Counted from the first letter of the stretch, positions 1 through 11,123 are shown. The stretch is 64,000 nt of DNA from Nitrospirae bacterium JdFR-85 (GCA_002011745.1 MTOU01000009.1:71447-135446), one strand, 5' to 3'. Notes: a model not told the origin generated them from the sequence alone. Made by a program: numbers and translations.

Positions 1-366
1 CATCAACTGAGGGGTAGGGTTGGCAGAGGCCCTTATCAATCATACTGTTTCCTTGTTGCCTATGGTAGACTCACAGAGGAGGCAAGAAAAAGGCTTGAAG
101 TTATGGTAAAATACAACGATGGATTTAGGATTGCCGAGGAGGACTTTAGGATAAGGGGTCCTGGAGAGTTATTCGGCACCCGTCAGTCGGGAATGCCTGA
201 CCTCAAAGTGGCAGACCTGCTAAGACACACAAAGATACTCTCTATGGCAAGACAGGAGGCATTCAGGATAGTGAATGAGGACGAACAGATAAAAAGATGG
301 CCGGTGCTGAAGAGGATGATTGAACGGTTCTGGAGAGGAAAGATAGAGATTTTTAGAACTTCATAA
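1..366 (+). CDS. recG: ATP-dependent DNA helicase RecG, C-terminal fragment (5' end outside the window)
   Basis: Frame 1 is open from base 1 (HQLRGRVGRG...) and runs into the listed 87-aa ORF. It carries the RecG-type C-terminal motif FGTRQSGMPDLKVADL. Confidence 0.85.
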   Translation, partial: HQLRGRVGRGPYQSYCFLVAYGRLTEEARKRLEVMVKYNDGFRIAEEDFRIRGPGELFGTRQSGMPDLKVADLLRHTKILSMARQEAFRIVNEDEQIKRWPVLKRMIERFWRGKIEIFRTS

Positions 367-378
367 AAAGGATATTTT

Positions 379-696
379 ATGAATCTGCTGACTATTAAAA
401 ACTGGTTTAAGGCTGGACTCAGAAGGCTTCAATGGTTCTTCTCTCTCCTTGGAGAGAGACTGAAGGTGGAGTTCGCTCTTATTAAGACACTGAACGAACT
501 GGACAAACTGAACCATAAAAAGAAGGATATCCTTGAGAGGATCGGAAAAAGGGTTGTAGAACTCTATGACTACACTGGAGACAACCTTTTCAATGATAGT
601 GAGTTGAAAGGCCTTTTGGAAGAACTTAAAAGGACAGAGGAGAAGATAGCCTCCTTAAAGGACCAGGCGGATGAGATCAGCAGGGTGGAGGATTGA
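379..696 (+). CDS. Hypothetical coiled-coil protein
   Basis: 105-aa ORF packed between recG and the prepilin peptidase gene, with a 4-nt overlap with the next gene. It is charged and heptad-like, and I recognise no family. Confidence 0.5.
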   Translation: MNLLTIKNWFKAGLRRLQWFFSLLGERLKVEFALIKTLNELDKLNHKKKDILERIGKRVVELYDYTGDNLFNDSELKGLLEELKRTEEKIASLKDQADEISRVED

Positions 697-1466
697 TGCC
701 ATATATTATTGCTTTTGTATTTGGTACTGTTGTAGGTTCCTTTCTGAATGTCTGCATCTACAGACTACCCCGAGGTTACTCAATAGTTCGACCATCTTCA
801 AGATGTCCTGCCTGCCAGAGCCCTATTAAGGCATATGATAATATACCCCTTATAAGTTTTATCCTACTCAGAGGAAGATGCAGACACTGCGGAGCCAGAA
901 TATCTCTGAGATATCCACTTGTCGAATTCCTGAATGGACTTCTCTATGCAGTGGTGCTATGGCGATACGGGCCTTCAGCAGCCGGATTCTTCTTTATGCT
1001 TTATATGTCTGCACTGATCGTGATAACCTTTGTTGATATAGATTTTCAGATTATCCCTGATATAATAACCATCCCTGGTAGCATCATAGGCCTTATAGCA
1101 GGTCTCTCCTTTCTTCCGGACAGCTTCAACAGAATCTCTGCGCTCGGCGCCACACAATCAATACTGGGACTCCTCTTAGGATTCGGACTCTATCTCTTTA
1201 TTGCCGTGCTGAGCAAGGGCGGTATGGGGGGAGGAGACATAAAGATGATGGCAATGGTTGGGGCAGTGACAGGATGGAAGGGGGTACTTCTGACCACATT
1301 CCTGGGCAGTCTTGTGGGTTCAATAGTGGGAATTGGTTTGATGATTATAAAGAAAAAAGGTAGAAAGACAAAGATCCCCTTTGGCCCTTTCCTCGCCCTC
1401 GGTTGTATGGTGAGTATTCTGTTTGGTGAAGAAGTACTCAAATTTTACCTTAACATAGGTCATTGA
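693..1466 (+). CDS. pilD: Type IV prepilin leader peptidase / N-methyltransferase (A24 family)
   Basis: N-terminal Cys pairs CPACQ...CRHCG, a polytopic membrane profile, and the Asp motifs GGGDIKMMAMVG and IPFGPFLALG. Confidence 0.85.
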   Translation: MMPYIIAFVFGTVVGSFLNVCIYRLPRGYSIVRPSSRCPACQSPIKAYDNIPLISFILLRGRCRHCGARISLRYPLVEFLNGLLYAVVLWRYGPSAAGFFFMLYMSALIVITFVDIDFQIIPDIITIPGSIIGLIAGLSFLPDSFNRISALGATQSILGLLLGFGLYLFIAVLSKGGMGGGDIKMMAMVGAVTGWKGVLLTTFLGSLVGSIVGIGLMIIKKKGRKTKIPFGPFLALGCMVSILFGEEVLKFYLNIGH

Positions 1467-1476
1467 GTTCAGTAGT

Positions 1477-2598
1477 ATGTTTGCAACGCTTGAAGAATTT
1501 ATAAAAGAGAGAATTCTGAGAGAAGGTCCCATCACATTTGAGAACTTTATGGATATGGCACTCTATTGGCCGGAGAAGGGCTATTATTATACTGAAAGGC
1601 TGCCTTTTGGGCCTGAGGGTGACTACTACACCTCAGGTCATCTGCACCCTATATTTGGGTGGACTATGGGAGTACAGGTCTCTGAGATGAAAGAACTAAT
1701 GGGACAGCCAGAGGAGTTTGTCTTGATAGAGATAGGCCCTGGGATGGGCTATCTGGCAGAGGGTCTACTTGAGTATCTCATAGAGAGGCTAAACTGGAAG
1801 GACTTCAGTTACATCATTGTTGAGGGCAACCCCCACATGGTGGAGAGACAGCGTCAGCTCCTGCATAAATATATAGACTTCATCCAATGGATAGATGACC
1901 TAAGGAAGCTGGACAGTGTAGTAGGGTGTATAATCTCAAACGAGGTGGTTGATGCTTTACCAGTGCATCTGATCCAGTTTGACAGGGGCTCCTTTAAAGA
2001 GGTATATGTCGCCCTCAGAGAGGGAAAATTTACTGAGACCCTTGGTCCTCTCAGCAGCAGAGAGCTTACAGAGTATATAAGAGATTATTCAATCCCACAC
2101 ATTCAGGGTTACAGGACAGAGGTGAACCTGAGGGCAAGGGAGTTTCTGGAGAACCTTTATAACATTCTTTCAGAGGGTTTCATAATCACTGTGGATTATG
2201 GATATTCGGCAAAGGAGTACTATTCTGAAGACAGATCAAGAGGCACACTCCTCTGTTACTCAAGACACCGTGTGAAAGAAGACCCTTATATAAACATTGG
2301 TCAACAGGATATCACTGCTCATGTAAACTTCACTGCCCTCAGGGACTGGGCAGAGGAGATAGGTTTAAAGAATATAGGTTACTGTCCACAGGGTACATTC
2401 CTCGTGTCTTTAGGAATTGAGAGGCTGATGGAGGAAGAATTGAGAAAATCTGAGGAGTTTCTCAGAGAAATTCTAAAGATAAAGGGACTCCTTTTCGGAA
2501 TGGGGGACTCCCATAAGGTGATGATCCAGTATAAAGGCAAAAGGGATATTAAGACCCTAAAAGGCTTTGAATTAAGAAACAGGCTCTCCAGTCTCTGA
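1477..2598 (+). CDS. SAM-dependent methyltransferase, MidA/NDUFAF7-like (DUF185)
   Basis: 373 aa. EIGPGMGYLA resembles a SAM-binding motif I, ISNEVVDALPVH is present, and length and layout resemble the DUF185 family. Confidence 0.65.
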   Translation: MFATLEEFIKERILREGPITFENFMDMALYWPEKGYYYTERLPFGPEGDYYTSGHLHPIFGWTMGVQVSEMKELMGQPEEFVLIEIGPGMGYLAEGLLEYLIERLNWKDFSYIIVEGNPHMVERQRQLLHKYIDFIQWIDDLRKLDSVVGCIISNEVVDALPVHLIQFDRGSFKEVYVALREGKFTETLGPLSSRELTEYIRDYSIPHIQGYRTEVNLRAREFLENLYNILSEGFIITVDYGYSAKEYYSEDRSRGTLLCYSRHRVKEDPYINIGQQDITAHVNFTALRDWAEEIGLKNIGYCPQGTFLVSLGIERLMEEELRKSEEFLREILKIKGLLFGMGDSHKVMIQYKGKRDIKTLKGFELRNRLSSL

Positions 2599-3486
2599 AG
2601 GTCCCTTTATTCTTACTGTGTAGTAATATACCACTGCAACAGCCATAATCCAGTAGGCTGCATATCCCTGCACAGCAGTAACGAACACCTGATACGGAAA
2701 ATAGACCACAAATCCATAGGGTATGAATCTGAAGGGTAGCCCGATGAGACCAAGCAGAAAGGCCACCACACAGTAAATTCCTGTGGCAATGATATACAAC
2801 CAGAATGCCTGAGGATGCTTAATGAGGAAGTCCTTAGCTTCTTTAAGGGCACTGAATCCCCTGTATGGACCTGTACAGACAGCAACAGTCCCATACACAG
2901 TAAGGGCCAGAAATAAAAAGAATCCTGCCACAGAGGCAACCACAGCAACAATGCAGAGCATTGAGGCAACCACGGCTGCCGCTATCTGTGAGATGTTTTT
3001 AATATACATTGTAAGTACAGAAAATGCCCCTGCAAGAATGCCACCTCCAATGAGAATACCTATGCCTACCAGTCCCACAAGGGCGGAGTATCCAAGCACA
3101 GGCCAGAACAGTCTGTTAGCCTCCTGAAAGAATCCCTTCAGGGAGAACCTCTGGTCAGGGTCTCTTACTGACCCGAAGATAACACCTAAAGCACCTGCAA
3201 GGATATAAAAGCCTGCTGTGAGTATTACAAGGAAATATATAAAAATCACCGTCAACACAGGTACGACCGCAATAGGTACAGATGAGAAAAGGTCTTCTAA
3301 TGAGCGTATATCCCTGAGCAACATCAGGTCAACGCCCTTCATCACAGAGACAAAAGCCAGTGGCAGAACCACCATCACTCCCAGAAGAATCATTGTCAGC
3401 ACAGAGAAAGCAAGGTTGACGAGTACCAGTTGCCAGTTTCGGTTTACTACTGAGAACCCCTCTTTTAATGCTCCGCTAATACTCAT
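2572..3486 (-). CDS. Polytopic membrane protein, function unknown
   Basis: 304-aa ORF with multiple long hydrophobic segments. Its start overlaps the stop of the upstream helicase gene by 11 nt, which suggests co-transcription. Confidence 0.6.
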   Translation of the reverse strand: MSISGALKEGFSVVNRNWQLVLVNLAFSVLTMILLGVMVVLPLAFVSVMKGVDLMLLRDIRSLEDLFSSVPIAVVPVLTVIFIYFLVILTAGFYILAGALGVIFGSVRDPDQRFSLKGFFQEANRLFWPVLGYSALVGLVGIGILIGGGILAGAFSVLTMYIKNISQIAAAVVASMLCIVAVVASVAGFFLFLALTVYGTVAVCTGPYRGFSALKEAKDFLIKHPQAFWLYIIATGIYCVVAFLLGLIGLPFRFIPYGFVVYFPYQVFVTAVQGYAAYWIMAVAVVYYYTVRIKGPSETGEPVS

Positions 3487-5428
3487 CCGAGACCTCTATC
3501 TTCTCATACAGATTTGTAGGCAGTTCTGTTATGAATCGGGAGGGCTTCAGTTGCTGGTAGCCATTGTCAGTCTTTGTATAAATAAGAAAGAGTTCATCCT
3601 TTGCCCTTGTACAGGCTACATAAAAGAGTCTCCTTTCTTCCTCTTCACCTTCTGTAAAGAGTGCCTTCTTTGACGGGAATCTCCCGTCATTAAGTCCAAT
3701 CAAGATAACCCTCTCCCATTCAAGACCCTTTGCCTGATGGACTGAGGAGAGGGTCACACCTGTTGAGCGGTCTTCACCTTCTGTATCCACTCTCTCGAGG
3801 CTCAAATCACTCAGCAGCAGTTCAAGTTTGCTGTGGGGAGGAATACTTTCTGGCATGTAGTGTTGTGTATACCGTATAAGCTGCAGGATATCCTCATAAC
3901 GGCTTTCTGCATTAGGATAGGTATTGAATAGATAATCCCTATAACCCCGCTCAAGAACATACTGTAGCACCTCCTCTGGTTTCTGCTGATACGGAAGTTT
4001 CAGGATTTCGTCAACGAGAGAGACGAAGACCCCAAAGGGCTCTCTTGCCCTCTTCTGAACCATGTGTCCAGAGCACCTCAGACTCTGGAAAGGGTCACTC
4101 TGCTCAGAGATGACCTCCCAGAGCCTGTTTGCAGTCACCTGTCCTACTCCTGGAATCATCTTTAGCAACCTCTTCCAGCTCAGCTCATCATAAGGATTAT
4201 TGAGTATTCTAAGATAGGAGAGAATGTCCTTGATATGTGCCTGCTCAAAAAATCTCAGCCCAGATCTGACCTCAAAGGGGATCCCCCTTCTCTGAAGCTC
4301 TATTTGTACTTCCATGGACTGATAATGAGACCTGTAAAGCACTGCAATCTCTGCTGCAGATACCCCCTCTGCCAGAAACCTCTCAATAAGGTTTGCCACT
4401 GTCTCTGCCTGTTGAAGTAGATCACGGACGGAAATGACCACTGGCCGTCTGCCAGGGGGCTTAACAGTGGTTAGTTCTTTATGAAATTGCATCCTGTTAT
4501 GGATAATACTCCCGTTTGAGAGAGCGAGTATATCTGGGGTGCTACGGTAGTTGGTTGTGAGTTTGAATATGGTGGCATCAGGATACCTTTCAGGAAAGTT
4601 GAGTATATTTCTCACATCAGCGCCCCTGAAGGAGTATATAGACTGGGCATCATCTCCAACAACCATAAGATTCCGGTGTACTGATGCCAACATATCAGTC
4701 ATTTTCACCTGTAGGAGATTTGTATCCTGGTACTCATCCACGAGTATATGCTCAAACCTTGTAGCATAAAACTCCCGTAACTCGTCATGCTCACTGAGTA
4801 GTCTGATTGTATTGATAAGAAGATCATCAAAGTCCATCAGATTCTGTCTCCTTTTCTTCACCTCATACAGTACAATCGCCTGCTTTATCTCTGATAAGGT
4901 GTCTGCAAACTGCGGATACCTTAATTCAATCAGTTCCTCTACATCCGCAGACAGGCTGTTTTTGATGCTGACAATCTCTGCAAGAACAGCTCCCCTTGGA
5001 TGAAGCCTCTCCTCTGCCGACACCTCACTGATACATGTCTCAAGAAGTTCTTTCTGGTCCTCCCTGTCAATTATTGAGAAACCCTCTCGGTAGCCCAAAA
5101 GCCCTGCGTGTCTTCTCAATATGAGATGTCCTATGTGGTGGAATGTACCTCCCCAGAGTCCCCTCAGGTCCTCTCCGAGAAGCACCTCAACCCTGTGAAG
5201 CATCTCCCTTGCAGCCCGGTTTGTGAATGTGAGAAGTAGAATATTCTGCTTCGGTACTCCCCTCTCTACAAGCCTTGCAACCCGATATGTGAGGGTCCTC
5301 GTCTTACCAGTGCCAGCACCTGCAAGCACAAGCATCGGGCCTCCAGGATACATCACCACCTGTAGTTGTTCTGGGTTCAGGTGTCTCTCATAATCGAGAA
5401 TCTCTCTGAAGATCCTCAGTGACGGCAT
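3476..5428 (-). CDS. UvrD/Rep/PcrA-family ATP-dependent DNA helicase
   Basis: Walker A GAGTGKTRT, motif II VDEYQDTN, C-terminal SVHQAKGLEW and YVACTRAKDEL. Confidence 0.9.
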   Translation of the reverse strand: MPSLRIFREILDYERHLNPEQLQVVMYPGGPMLVLAGAGTGKTRTLTYRVARLVERGVPKQNILLLTFTNRAAREMLHRVEVLLGEDLRGLWGGTFHHIGHLILRRHAGLLGYREGFSIIDREDQKELLETCISEVSAEERLHPRGAVLAEIVSIKNSLSADVEELIELRYPQFADTLSEIKQAIVLYEVKKRRQNLMDFDDLLINTIRLLSEHDELREFYATRFEHILVDEYQDTNLLQVKMTDMLASVHRNLMVVGDDAQSIYSFRGADVRNILNFPERYPDATIFKLTTNYRSTPDILALSNGSIIHNRMQFHKELTTVKPPGRRPVVISVRDLLQQAETVANLIERFLAEGVSAAEIAVLYRSHYQSMEVQIELQRRGIPFEVRSGLRFFEQAHIKDILSYLRILNNPYDELSWKRLLKMIPGVGQVTANRLWEVISEQSDPFQSLRCSGHMVQKRAREPFGVFVSLVDEILKLPYQQKPEEVLQYVLERGYRDYLFNTYPNAESRYEDILQLIRYTQHYMPESIPPHSKLELLLSDLSLERVDTEGEDRSTGVTLSSVHQAKGLEWERVILIGLNDGRFPSKKALFTEGEEEERRLFYVACTRAKDELFLIYTKTDNGYQQLKPSRFITELPTNLYEKIEVSDEY

Positions 5429-6096
5429 TACAGGTCTATCTCCTCAGGCAGCATGTGTCTTATGATCTTGCCCTCCACCATGTAGATAACCATCTCAGCA
5501 ATATTGGTGGCATGGTCTCCGATCCTCTCTAAGTATTTTGAGACATAGCTGATCTTCATGGCCCTTGAGACCGTACTTGGGTCCTGGGTCATGATGAACA
5601 TCAACTCCTGCAGTACCATCTCATTAAGGTCGTCCACCTCATCATCCCTCATTATCACATCCATTGCAAGGTGTTTGTCTTCCTCAACAAAGGCGTTTAT
5701 AGCATCCCTCACCATACCCTGGGCAACCTCTCGCATCCTCGGAATGTCTATGTAGGGCTTCAGCAGCGGCTCCTCGTTCAGTTCCAGTGCCCTTTCTGCT
5801 ATGTTGACCGCATTGTCTGCAATCCTTTCAAGGTCAGTGGTGATCTTCATGGCAGTGGTTATAAACCTGAGGTCTCTGCCCATAGGTTGTTTTAGTGCAA
5901 GAAGCCTTATGCATTCCTCGTCAATCCTTACATCATATGTATTTATAATCTGATCCTCGTTGATCACTCTATGGGCAAGTTTTGAGTCTCTTTCAGTAAG
6001 GCTTCTTACTGAATTTTTGATTGACTGCTCCACGAGCGAGGCCATCTTAAGAAGCATATTCTTCAAGTTGCGCATCTCTTCTTCTCTTACAGGCAT
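5428..6096 (-). CDS. phoU: Phosphate signalling complex protein PhoU
   Basis: 222 aa with a duplicated PhoU repeat (E/DxxxD motifs: DLERIADNAVNIAE and YLERIGDHATNIAE). It lies directly after pstB. Confidence 0.9.
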   Translation of the reverse strand: MPVREEEMRNLKNMLLKMASLVEQSIKNSVRSLTERDSKLAHRVINEDQIINTYDVRIDEECIRLLALKQPMGRDLRFITTAMKITTDLERIADNAVNIAERALELNEEPLLKPYIDIPRMREVAQGMVRDAINAFVEEDKHLAMDVIMRDDEVDDLNEMVLQELMFIMTQDPSTVSRAMKISYVSKYLERIGDHATNIAEMVIYMVEGKIIRHMLPEEIDL

Positions 6097-6875
6097 CAGC
6101 CAAACCTCCCTGTAATGTAATCTTCTGTGAGCTTCTTTGAGGGACTTGTAAAGATTTTATCAGTTCTGTCATATTCTATCAACTCACCGAGCATGAGGAA
6201 GCCTGTCCAGTCCGAGATCCTTGCTGCCTGTTGCATATTATGAGTAACTATAACAATTGTCACATCTTTTTTTAATTCTACTATCAGCTCTTCTATTTTT
6301 GCTGTGGATATAGGATCAAGGGCAGAGGTAGGCTCATCAAAAAGCAACACCTCTGGCTCTACAGCAAGTGCCCTGGCTATAACAAGGCGTTGTTGTTGTC
6401 CTCCAGACAGATCATAGGCACTTGTATGGAGTTTATCCTTCACTTCATCCCATAGCACTGCATGTCTCAATGCCTTCTCCACCCTTTCTGAAAGCTCTGT
6501 CCTCTTTTTTATTCCTCTCAATTTTAGCCCATAGGCTATGTTATCAAAAATACTCATTGGGAATGGGGTTGGCTTCTGGAAAACCATGCCTATCCTGCTT
6601 CTAAGGTCAATAGGGTCAACTTCCTTGGAGAGAATATTCTTTCCTTTAAATATTATCTCTCCTTCATATTTATTGTCTGGGTAAAGGTCATGCATACGAT
6701 TGAAGCATCTAAGAAGGGTTGTTTTCCCACACCCTGAAGGACCTATAAGGGCTGTCACGCTATTTTTATAAACCTTTAAATTTATATTCTTAAGTGCATG
6801 CACTCTTCCGGAATAATAAAAATTTAGGCCCTTCACCTCAACCTCTATCTCTCTCATCTTTTTCCATACCTCCAT
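6096..6875 (-). CDS. pstB: Phosphate ABC transporter ATP-binding protein PstB
   Basis: Walker [13 protein letters not shown] signature LSGGQQQRL, Walker [12 protein letters not shown], and its position in pstSCAB. Confidence 0.95.
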   Translation of the reverse strand: MEVWKKMREIEVEVKGLNFYYSGRVHALKNINLKVYKNSVTALIGPSGCGKTTLLRCFNRMHDLYPDNKYEGEIIFKGKNILSKEVDPIDLRSRIGMVFQKPTPFPMSIFDNIAYGLKLRGIKKRTELSERVEKALRHAVLWDEVKDKLHTSAYDLSGGQQQRLVIARALAVEPEVLLFDEPTSALDPISTAKIEELIVELKKDVTIVIVTHNMQQAARISDWTGFLMLGELIEYDRTDKIFTSPSKKLTEDYITGRFG

Positions 6876-7699
6876 CTGATCAAGACTCTACCAAGTATTG
6901 TAATAAAAAGTATAAATAAGGTTATCACCAAAGAGGCAGCCCAAGCCTGCACATGCCATGACTCATATGGACCCATTGCATACTGAAATATGGTAACAGT
7001 CAGTGATGCCATAGGCTCATTCATATTGATGGAGAAGAAAGAATTATTGAAGGATGTAAACAGAAGGGGTGCAGTCTCTCCTGCAACACGGGCTATTGAA
7101 AGGAGCACTCCTGTGAGGATGCCTGTAGCTGCTCCTCTGTAGACCACCTGTATAATCACCTTATAATAAGGGGCACCGAGCGCAAAGGCAGCCTCCCTGA
7201 GTGTCCAAGGCACAAGGGATAGCATATCTTCAGTAGTCCTTAGTACCACGGGTATCATGATAATCGCCAGAGCCACTGCACCTGCCCATCCATTGAAGTG
7301 TCCCACTGGCTTGACCAACAGGGCATAAATGAATGTCCCTATCACAATTGAAGGGACACTCACCATAATATCAGATAGTATACTTATAACTCTCGCAAAC
7401 TTCCTGCCACGGGCATATTCAGCAAGGAAGGTTCCACCCAACACACCAAGTGGCACTCCCATGAGTGTGGCAAAAAAAGTTATTAAAAGCTGTCCCACAA
7501 AGGCATTTCTAAGACCACCTCCTTCTATGCCTGGAGGAGCCGGGTCCTGAAGAAAAAGCGATAGATTAAGCCCCTTTAATCCATGCACAAGTACATCTGC
7601 AAGGATGAATATTAGCCAAAAGAGGCCTATAAATGCTGCAATAGTACTTAATACAAGGGCAAAGAGATTTTCCATTTTCCTTCTACGATATATCCTCAT
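6854..7699 (-). CDS. pstA: Phosphate ABC transporter permease PstA
   Basis: 281-aa polytopic permease with an EAA-type loop ([14 protein letters not shown]), located between pstC and pstB. Confidence 0.9.
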   Translation of the reverse strand: MRIYRRRKMENLFALVLSTIAAFIGLFWLIFILADVLVHGLKGLNLSLFLQDPAPPGIEGGGLRNAFVGQLLITFFATLMGVPLGVLGGTFLAEYARGRKFARVISILSDIMVSVPSIVIGTFIYALLVKPVGHFNGWAGAVALAIIMIPVVLRTTEDMLSLVPWTLREAAFALGAPYYKVIIQVVYRGAATGILTGVLLSIARVAGETAPLLFTSFNNSFFSINMNEPMASLTVTIFQYAMGPYESWHVQAWAASLVITLFILFITILGRVLIRWRYGKR

Positions 7700-8637
7700 C
7701 TGGAATACCTCCTCTCTGCTTTAAGGAGGAATAACTTTGATATGGCGAGTGTTACAAAACTCAGCAGAAAGAGTATAAGGGCAAGATAGTATAGAGAAGA
7801 AAGATAAATATCACTGTCTGCCTCTGTGAATTCATTTGCAAGGCTTACTGTTATTGTGGCTGCAGCATCAAGCAATGAGCCTGTTATCTGGTGTTTATTA
7901 CCAAGAACAAATGCTACAGCCATGGTCTCACCAAGGGCCCTTCCAAGAGACAGAACCACTCCACCAAACACCCCCAGCTTTGAATAAGGAAGAACCACAT
8001 CCTTTATTACCTCCCATTTGGTAGCCCCGACCGCATATGCAGACTCCTTCACTATGGATGGAGTAAGGTTAAAGGCGTCTCTGGCAATACTGGCAGTGAA
8101 GGGAATTATCATTATGCTGAGAATAACACTTGCTGTTAAAAGATCTATTCCCATTGGGGTGCCCTCAAAGAGTCTTCCTACAATAGGCATCCTCCCCACA
8201 GTAGACTGTAAGGCTGGCTCAATATAATTAGCCATTATAGGAGCCAGTGTAAAAAGCCCCCACATTCCATAAATGATACTTGGAATAGCAGCAAGGAGCT
8301 CAACTGCTGTGCCTATGGGACCTTTAAGAGGATTGGGGGCAATCTCTGTTATAAATATAGCGATGCCTACAGCAACCGGTACAGCAAAAAGGAGAGAAAG
8401 GACAGTAGTTACAAGGGTACCAAACAGGGTACTTGCAGCACCAAACACCTCTCTCACAGGGTCCCACTCTGTGGAGAGTATAAACTGTAATATACCGAAC
8501 TTTTTTATTGACAGTGAAGACTCTGATACAAGCACATAGAGGATACCCCCTATTAACACAATAACCGACAGTGAGGCAACAGCTGTTATGAGAGAAAATA
8601 GAAAATCTAAGGGGTCTCTCTTCAGAAATCCAGGCAA
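7696..8637 (-). CDS. pstC: Phosphate ABC transporter permease PstC
   Basis: 313-aa permease with an EAA-type loop (KESAYAVGATKWEV), directly after pstS. Confidence 0.9.
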   Translation of the reverse strand: MPGFLKRDPLDFLFSLITAVASLSVIVLIGGILYVLVSESSLSIKKFGILQFILSTEWDPVREVFGAASTLFGTLVTTVLSLLFAVPVAVGIAIFITEIAPNPLKGPIGTAVELLAAIPSIIYGMWGLFTLAPIMANYIEPALQSTVGRMPIVGRLFEGTPMGIDLLTASVILSIMIIPFTASIARDAFNLTPSIVKESAYAVGATKWEVIKDVVLPYSKLGVFGGVVLSLGRALGETMAVAFVLGNKHQITGSLLDAAATITVSLANEFTEADSDIYLSSLYYLALILFLLSFVTLAISKLFLLKAERRYSR

Positions 8638-8683
8638 CTATTCCTCCATCCTTAAACCTTAAGAGGCAGCACTGACCATTATA

Positions 8684-9694
8684 CTAATATATACCATATC
8701 TTCTCCAGTAACCCCTCACTTTCTCTTTCAAAGGTTCTGGCAGAGGCACATAGATCAATCTCTCTGCAATCTCATCTCCATTCTTGAATGCCCAGTCGAA
8801 AAATCTGACAGTTTTTATATTAGAGTCTCTCTTCTCCTTTGCAAGCAGTATAAATGTTGCCCCTGAAATAGGCCAGGCCTTCTTACCAGGTGCATTGGTT
8901 AACCATAGGTAGAAGTGCTTGTCTGGATCAAAACTTCCAGATGCTGCGGCATCCTGAAAGGTCTCAAATTTGGGCTCTACAAAGTTGCCAGCAGGATTTT
9001 TAAGCAATGTATATGTGAGTCTATTCTGCTTTGCATAGGCAAACTCAACATAACCAATAGAGTATTTTACTCTTTTTACGTAGTTGGCCACTCCTTCATT
9101 ACCCTTCGCCCCGATACCTACAGGCCATTTCACAGCCTTACCAGCGCCTACCTTCTCTTTCCAGGCAGCACAGGCATCGCTGAGGTAGGTGGTAAATATT
9201 GCTGTTGTACCTGAACCATCAGACCTGTGGATTACAGTGACTTTTTTGTTGGGGAGTTTAATAGAAGGATTGAGTTCCTTTATCTTCTTATCATCCCATG
9301 TGTTAATCTGTCCAAGAAATATCTTACATACTGCCTCAGCATCGAGCCTAAGCTCTGCAGGTTTCACCTTTGGGATATTAACGATCAAGACAACCCCACC
9401 AATCACTGTGGGAAACTGAAGAAGCTTCTCCTTCTGTAGCCTTTCAGGCTTAAGAGGAGCATCTGATGCACCGAAATCTACTGTCCTGTTTATAATCTGT
9501 CTAACCCCTCCTCCTGAACCAATAGACTGATAATTCAACCGCACACCTGTCTGTTTATAGTATTCATAAGCCCAGGCAGAGTAGACAGGATAGGGGAAGG
9601 TGGCTCCTGCACCATTGAGTGTTTCGGCTGCATAAACAAAACCCACAGAAAATAGAACTACTATCACAAAAACTAAACTCAAGATTCTCTTCAT
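8684..9694 (-). CDS. pstS: Phosphate-binding protein PstS
   Basis: Signal peptide followed by GAGATFPYPVY, SIGSGGG and SDGSGTT, which are motifs typical of PstS. Confidence 0.9.
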   Translation of the reverse strand: MKRILSLVFVIVVLFSVGFVYAAETLNGAGATFPYPVYSAWAYEYYKQTGVRLNYQSIGSGGGVRQIINRTVDFGASDAPLKPERLQKEKLLQFPTVIGGVVLIVNIPKVKPAELRLDAEAVCKIFLGQINTWDDKKIKELNPSIKLPNKKVTVIHRSDGSGTTAIFTTYLSDACAAWKEKVGAGKAVKWPVGIGAKGNEGVANYVKRVKYSIGYVEFAYAKQNRLTYTLLKNPAGNFVEPKFETFQDAAASGSFDPDKHFYLWLTNAPGKKAWPISGATFILLAKEKRDSNIKTVRFFDWAFKNGDEIAERLIYVPLPEPLKEKVRGYWRRYGIY

Positions 9695-9779
9695 CGCATC
9701 TTCCTCCTTAAGATTTAAGTAATTCTACAAACTTACTGTCTTCTCTTCCACCTCCTCTTCTTACTTTTTCTTAATATTT

Positions 9780-9813
9780 ATGATATCAGAGGAATGTTAC
9801 AGGATTGTTACAG
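9780..9813 (-). promoter_or_regulatory. Pho box plus -10 element upstream of pstS
   Basis: The minus strand reads CTGTAACAATCCTGTAAC (9813..9796). That is two identical 7-nt direct repeats with an 11-bp period, followed by exactly 10 nt and then TATCAT (9785..9780). This is the same architecture as the E. coli Pho box. Confidence 0.6.
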
Positions 9814-9818
9814 AAGGA

Positions 9819-11096
9819 TTAAACTTTTTTAACATCTCTAATCATAATTTTTACAACAGTACCTCTGCCTTCCTCACTCACAAACTCCATCTGCCAGCCG
9901 TGGGCTTTTATAAGATGTTTTACAATCGCCAGTCCAAGCCCTGTACCTCCAAGGGCTCTTGAGCGTGAAGGATCAACCCGGAAGAACCTCTCTCCAAGTC
10001 TCGGGATAGCCCTTGCAGGAATACCGATTCCTGTATCTATTACATTCAACAGTACCGTCTCTTCTCTCTGCTCTGCCTGTACCACAACTCCGCCTTTTTC
10101 AGTAAACTTAATTGCATTGTCAATAAGATTATGCAGTATCTGGCTCAGGCGGAGATAATCAGCCTTGACAGTCAGATCAGGAGGAAGTACTTCATATCTG
10201 AAATACAGACCCTTTCTCTTTGCAACATCTCTGAAGGTTTCACACACCTCTTCTATCAGTCTCCTTAACAATACATTCTGTTTCTGAAGTCTCATGGCAC
10301 CAGACTCAATCCGTGAAAGACTAATTAAATCTCTGATAAGCCTCTCCATCCTTTCTGTATGACCCAGTATTGTCTGAAGAAACTCCATTGCATCCTCTCT
10401 GTTGTCTAATGCCCCATCCAGCAATGTCTCAGTATAACCCTTAATAGTGGTTATAGGCGTTTTCAGCTCATGAGATACATTTGCAACAAACTCTCTACGC
10501 ATCTCGTCTGTCTTCTTGATCTCTGTTATATCTCTGAATATCACCACCATTGCGGGCACCAAGGGATTCCATCCCTCCTGCTGGACAGGACAGACTATAG
10601 TCTCATAGTATCTCTGCTGGTCATCCCTATATATTTCTGCCCTCTGTAGGTTTTTGGTTTTTGTCACCTTATCTATAGAGTTGAAGACCTCTGGGGCTCT
10701 GATTAACTCATTCAGCCTTCTACCGAGTATACTCTCTTTTTCGAGCCCTACAAAACTCTCAAAGGCAGGATTAATCACCTCTATCTTTTCATCATTACCT
10801 ACAAGGGCAATCGCATCTGGAAGGCTTCTTAGTATGGAGAAGAGCCTTTCTCTCTGAAGATTTGCCTCAAAAATCTTATTCTCATATACTTCAGCAAGGG
10901 CATTAAGAAGCCTTGCAATGTCTGCTACAGAATCCTTTCTTTCCAGATAAAGCCTCTTTCTCAGATCTCCCTTAAGGAATGCCCTGATCAACTCCTCAAT
11001 CTCTCTTAATCCCTGTACAAGGTATACAGACCTGTATACAACACACACAAGGGTAATAAGCAATATAATTATTAAAAAGAACTCAAACTTAGCCAT
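9819..11096 (-). CDS. phoR: Sensor histidine kinase, PhoR-like
   Basis: N-terminal TM segment, HAMP/PAS-like middle region, H-box SHELKTPIT, G-box GGTGLGLAIVKH. It lies between a phoB-like gene and pstS. Confidence 0.8.
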   Translation of the reverse strand: MAKFEFFLIIILLITLVCVVYRSVYLVQGLREIEELIRAFLKGDLRKRLYLERKDSVADIARLLNALAEVYENKIFEANLQRERLFSILRSLPDAIALVGNDEKIEVINPAFESFVGLEKESILGRRLNELIRAPEVFNSIDKVTKTKNLQRAEIYRDDQQRYYETIVCPVQQEGWNPLVPAMVVIFRDITEIKKTDEMRREFVANVSHELKTPITTIKGYTETLLDGALDNREDAMEFLQTILGHTERMERLIRDLISLSRIESGAMRLQKQNVLLRRLIEEVCETFRDVAKRKGLYFRYEVLPPDLTVKADYLRLSQILHNLIDNAIKFTEKGGVVVQAEQREETVLLNVIDTGIGIPARAIPRLGERFFRVDPSRSRALGGTGLGLAIVKHLIKAHGWQMEFVSEEGRGTVVKIMIRDVKKV

Positions 11097-11123
11097 AGAG
11101 CTTTACTCTGCTTTGTGGAAAGG

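Noticed and set aside
8915-9439. Several 70-99-aa plus-strand ORFs inside pstS, and similar antisense ORFs inside secD, pnp, recJ, the family-5 binding protein gene and the ribosomal genes
   Set aside because: All of them lie opposite or out of frame within well-supported conserved genes. They lack an SD and show low-complexity translations.
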